A DNA stretch of 24,156 bases from NCBI GenBank assembly GCA_963777955.1, contig CAVZSQ010000009.1, positions 1 to 24,156 on the forward strand. Reading direction: 5' to 3'. The position numbers were made by a program, and so were the translations under genes. The notes below the pieces were generated by a model. It was not told the DNA's origin. It worked only from the letters and a program-made list of their open reading frames with translations, and ran no database searches. Within the stretch, counting starts at the first letter, position 1; every line of letters starts with the position of its first letter. Below are positions 20,439-24,156 of the stretch, piece by piece. Source of the DNA: Calditrichia bacterium. Lineage in GTDB: Bacteria > Calditrichota > Calditrichia > JAJRVZ01.

Positions 20439-20553
20439 ACTCTTAACTTTTAAGTTATTTACCGACTCTGCGGTATTTTCAATTTCCTGACTTGTATTTA
20501 TAACTAATTGTCAGTTATTTTAATTTCGGTGGGGCGGATTCTCTATTGGAGAG

Positions 20554-21119
20554 TTAGTTCTTCTTTCGGGCTGTCGCTTGGAGATAGTTTTTAGAATGCA
20601 TCTGGTTTACCGGGTGGAGCAATTCGAATGATAATTTTATTCTATCATCGGACTACCTTGTTATAGGTTAGTTTGAAACGCGGTGCATAGGGATAGCATC
20701 ACTGAGGAAGGTCACAGAATTCGTGTTATTGGACGAATTCTACCAGGTAATGGATCACATGTTTTTCATTGTCAAAATACACGGCTTGCAGCGTGTCGGC
20801 CTTATAAAAAATAATCATCAGATCGTCATGCGAGTAGGCCAGGGTTTTTCATATGGTTGCAGGGAAATCCGAGTGATTCGTTCTGATCAGAATTGTATTT
20901 TGCAAGGCAGGGGCAAATGAAAAGTTGCCGGTGCCCTGGCCTGGACTACCGCCCCCTTCTCCTACCCAGTCACCCAGTAAAAAATTCAATTGCTGCCAGC
21001 TGGTTTAACTGGAGGTGTCCTGGCCGAATAAGGGGAATGTTCCTAAAAGCGATATTAAAGAAATTGCAGCTTAACACTTAAATAGAACTTTTGAACTACT
21101 TATGCTGGAATCGATTCAT
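20554..21119 (-). CDS. Exported hypothetical protein (lipocalin/FABP-like beta-barrel suspected), heavily disrupted and absent from the ORF track
   Basis: Pieces across frames: WQQLNFLLGDWVGEGGGSPGQGTGNFSF, ILIRTNHSDFPAT, SHDDLMII, AVYFDNEKHVIHY, PRFKLTY, APPGKPDAF and YLQATARKKN*; GAGGA upstream of ATG 21119; one in-frame TAA. Confidence 0.65.
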
Positions 21120-21149
21120 ACCAATATTCCTCTATGATCGCCTTGTGGA

Positions 21150-21560
21150 TTAGAACCAGGTTTGCTGCTGATAGTTTTATACTCAGCACCGAAAGCAGCA
21201 GAGAGCACCTTTTCTTCCCGCCGGCTTTGCAGGATTTGCAGCAACACCAGTATAATCCAGACCCAGAGCAGCCAGGGACCAGCCAAGCACAATGATTATG
21301 GAAACCAGGAACAGATCGAGGAAAAAATACAGCGGATGCTGAATTCGATAATACAGGCCTGTAGTCACCAGTGTTTTTGCTTCAGGCATAATCGTGAAAG
21401 ATTCGCCCAGCTGACGCCGGCTGATCAGCATTAACAGGAAAGAGGGTAAGCCGATAATGATACCGATCACGAGACGGGTTAACGGGCCCATTGATAGCGC
21501 GACCAGAACCAATGCGGCAATAATTATGGCTCCCAGGAGCCTGGTGATTGTTTTGTCCAT
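21150..21560 (-). CDS. Second ICMT/PEMT-like membrane methyltransferase, C-terminal frameshifts
   Basis: RRQLGESF..PEAKTLVTTGLYYRIQHPLY; shifted frames give REEKVLSAAFGAEY..YQQQTWF* (TAA at 21150-21152). Confidence 0.85.
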
Positions 21561-21810
21561 TTATTCTCCTTTTGCTGCTTTTTTCTTTATCATGTCAACA
21601 ATGGCCAGGATTACTTCCAATACCGATCAAACTGTAGCCGATTAATCTTTTGTCTCCGAAAAACAGTCCGGCCAGAATGAATCCAAATCCCAGCCCGGCT
21701 AATGGTGTGAATTTTTGTTCCTGTTTGTTCTTATTTACCACAAAGACCAGGATAGCGATAATAGCCAAAACCAGTATCAAAATAGCAATGTAGATTTGTC
21801 CAGAAGTCAT
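21561..21810 (-). CDS. Small three-TM hypothetical membrane protein
   Basis: KFTPLAGLGFGFILAGLFFGDKRLIGYSLIGIG; the corrected frame ends VILAIVDMIKKKAAKGE* directly before the next ATG. Confidence 0.7.
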
Positions 21811-21859
21811 AATATTGCCTCTTTACTAAATGTTTTTCATTATAGTATTTCTATTTTAA

Positions 21860-22329
21860 TCACTTTCGTAGACTTTGCTTGATCATACTTTGCCGCGTCC
21901 AAAAACCGGTGATGTCTCCCCATTTTTGAATCAAATCCTGACCCCGTTTTGTTTTCCAGTCTTTTTCGATATCCAGGTGACATTTTTTCCCGATCCTTTG
22001 CGGTCATGATGGCAATAACGACATTCTAACGGTTGAAATTCCGTGCCGAATAATTCGCACAAATCGTTTTTCAGGAATGTACACCAGTTTTTTGAGAAAA
22101 GTTGCAGGGCATAATTACCTTCGTTCCCCTTGAAGGCAGGGGATAGTACGCCGAAATCCCTTTCGGGAGACATCTCCAGCATCATCCGACTGGCATGACC
22201 GGCCTCGATGGCTTTTTCAGCTTCTTCAACCGTCCACCAGCCCGGCCGCTGGCAGTAGGCTTTGCAAACATCACATGAGCATGGTTTTGAGGGTGGATAT
22301 TTACTTTTTAAATCGGTTTCGTTTTTCAT
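21860..22329 (-). CDS. Cys-rich putative Zn/Fe-S protein (YkgJ/CxxCxxCC-like), frameshift in an A-run near 21985
   Basis: CSCDVCKAYCQRPG, WCTFLKNDLCEL and PLECRYC; the corrected tail is KCHLDIEKDWKT...QSLRK* (TGA at 21860-21862). Confidence 0.7.
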
Positions 22330-22348
22330 TTCTGTATCATCAAATTGC

Positions 22349-22838
22349 TCATTCTATTAAACTATGGTCAGCCTGTACATCCAGCCCATCCCAGACTTTT
22401 TTTGCAGTCCAGGGTGTATCGGGATCAGGTCCAGAATGGATCATCCGCAGGCAAACCTAAGGGCAGAAAAATAGTAGTGCACAGATAAAGACTTCCCGTG
22501 GTAATGTAAAAATCGGCCAAGCCGGGCTGCCGGCGCAGAGCGATTTCTTTAACTGAGCCGCCGTCGTCGTTCAACCAGGGTGCGATGCCGGAGATGGTAC
22601 GGGCAAATGCTTCCAGGTGAGCTGCCTTTTTGCGCTGGTCCGGATTATCACATGTTTCTGAAAGCACGACCGGCATGTGTATTTTTAGTTCATCAGCAGC
22701 GATGTTCGACATAACCGGCCAGGCAACCTTTTCCAGTTGATGAAGCCAATGATTTCGTGTGGTTTCTGACTCTTGTGCTGTGGTAATTTCAGATAAAAAC
22801 AGAATAGAAATTATCAGAGAGACGGTTATTCTAATCAT
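22349..22838 (-). pseudogene. DUF2264-family gene with an apparent large in-frame internal deletion
   Basis: Signal peptide and HLEAFARTISGIAPWL (N-terminal motif) joined at ~22527 directly to QPGLADFYITTGSLYLCTTIFLPLGLPADDPFWT and, after a shift, PWTAKKVWDG...ADH (C-terminal motif); only about 160 codons. Confidence 0.75.
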
Positions 22839-22859
22839 AGTCGTTTTTTGAAAAATTAT

Positions 22860-23497
22860 TTATTTTATCCGCATTGAATCATATGCCAAAATCATACTGA
22901 AGTTTTTCAAATCAAACCTTACAATTATTGAATCTACTGTACCTGGCTCTTGATCGAACGGATCTCCAAGCATTTCGACCGTTATTCTTTCCAATGTATC
23001 ACCATATACCTTTGATTTACTGTAAATATAGTCAACAGGTGCTTTAAACAATTCTGCCACTTTCAATATATTTGATATTTGTTTATTATTATTAAAATCA
23101 ATTAATACATATATGATTCATCGCCGTTTTTTATCCATTGGGCAAAGAATAGATATTTTTTATTTTCGATATATGTTGTGCCAAGAATATAGATGTCCTG
23201 ATAATTTTTATAATTACTCAAAGTTGAATTTTGTTTTAAATATCTTATATAAAATGGAATATCGACTTTTTGGAGTTTATCCGATTGATACCATAACCAT
23301 ATATCGCTTTTATTTAGATCACGAAGATCAAATATTTTATTATCAATTATATTTGATCTTGAAAATATCTGTATCAAGCAGGGTATAGGCCTCAGAACTT
23401 TTATTTGAATTTTTATCTTCACACATGAATCCAGCACAAATTAAAATAATTGTGTATAAATGATTTTTATTTGGATTAATTCTGGCTGAGTATTCAT
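22860..23497 (-). CDS. Very AT-rich hypothetical (possibly exported) protein, probably one gene broken by frameshifts; start uncertain
   Basis: Three consecutive minus-strand ORF pieces (23343..23594 in part, 23102..23437, 22860..23066) chain through single-base shifts; no recognisable motif. Confidence 0.5.
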
Positions 23498-23621
23498 AAA
23501 TCACTCTGCTCCAACGCAACGAACCGGGCATGTTTCTGTAATGGTTTAAGCACATCAGCCGATCCGCCGTGCTCGACCATTGGTTCAGCCTCAATCCTTT
23601 TTATATTGACACCAGTACAGA

Positions 23622-24156
23622 TTAGGACTTATTATATAATTTCTTGACAAAAATATGTATAAGGATCAATATTGCACCAATCAGCAAGATCGAATCAATC
23701 GTCACACCGAGTTTAAAAACGCCCAGTAACCCATATAAAAGTCCTGCTGCACCCAGAGTAATCGAGTACGCACGGGAGCTGGGTTTATTAACAATCAGAG
23801 TAAAACCGATTACAATGGAAAGTGTAGGGCAGGGGATCAGGCCCGTGGGGGCTGCATACAGGAATGACCAACACGATGTTGTTTCCAGAAAATGCGGATA
23901 AACCCAGCCAAAGATAACCATTAAAATACCGGGAAGTAATGGCCATGCGGGTGCGATATCAATCGGTTCACGTGGCATTTTAATTGAAATATAAATCAAC
24001 AGGACTCCAAGTAAAGCGAAAACGATGCTGTTAAAAGGATTTAAAGAAAGCCAGGCAATGATGCTCACTGACAGGAGCGGCATGGCCAGCAAAATTCCGA
24101 AATCACGTTTTAGCAGGCGCGCACCGGAGATTAAACCGACAACGATGATAGCAAAG
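23622..24156 (-). CDS. DUF6064-like integral membrane protein, 5' end outside the window
   Basis: Multi-TM protein with GNPFN-like LNPFN, WVYPHFL and YAAPTGLIPCPTLS; the frame appears to extend to the window edge. Confidence 0.65.
   Translation of the reverse strand, partial: FAIIVVGLISGARLLKRDFGILLAMPLLSVSIIAWLSLNPFNSIVFALLGVLLIYISIKMPREPIDIAPAWPLLPGILMVIFGWVYPHFLETTSCWSFLYAAPTGLIPCPTLSIVIGFTLIVNKPSSRAYSITLGAAGLLYGLLGVFKLGVTIDSILLIGAILILIHIFVKKLYNKS

Noticed and set aside
20890..21045. GC-rich stretch as a possible riboswitch or ncRNA
   Set aside because: It is explained as Gly-rich minus-strand coding sequence (GDWVGEGGGSPGQGTG).
1..24156. Integron cassette array
   Set aside because: The gene types and shared orientation are suggestive, but I found no repeated RYYYAAC...GTTRRRY hairpins and no intI; housekeeping-type genes (purF, uppP) and overlapping gene pairs are present.
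1..24156. Programmed frameshifting, stop-codon recoding or genome-wide pseudogenisation
   Set aside because: Breaks are mostly single-base indels, often at homopolymers, and also hit uppP and purF. TAA, TAG and TGA all serve as normal stops. Long-read error is the simplest explanation.

Overview
A 24 kb bacterial window with about 30 recognisable genes, all on the minus strand. The host is probably an FCB-superphylum lineage outside Bacteroidia (e.g. Calditrichota, KSB1 or Ignavibacteria-like); this is inferred from a 'QNYPNPFNP' C-terminal sorting domain together with strong AGGAG ribosome-binding sites. Most genes are broken by single-base indels typical of unpolished long-read sequence, so I rebuilt gene boundaries by reading across frames. 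Content: a DUF362 protein with a secretion C-terminal domain, a metallophosphoesterase, an SRPBCC/DUF3667/B12-radical-SAM/NTF2-like cluster, an NAD(P)-binding protein, an MFS transporter, uppP, C-GCAxxG-C-C, SIMPL, two PEMT/ICMT-like methyltransferases, DinB, GIY-YIG, a PurF lacking the catalytic N-terminal Cys, a SAM methyltransferase, PhzF-like, flavodoxin-fold oxidoreductase, serine hydrolase, DUF1772 and several hypotheticals. The most unusual pattern is that several apparent intergenic gaps hold co-oriented fragments of other genes (BNR-repeat-like C-terminus, PfkB-like C-terminus, VOC N-terminus), and one DUF2264 gene appears to have lost most of its middle in frame. This suggests a gene gain-and-deletion hotspot. 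I found no rRNA, tRNA, CRISPR array, transposase, integrase or convincing attC array. All family assignments are from motif recognition by eye, not database searches.
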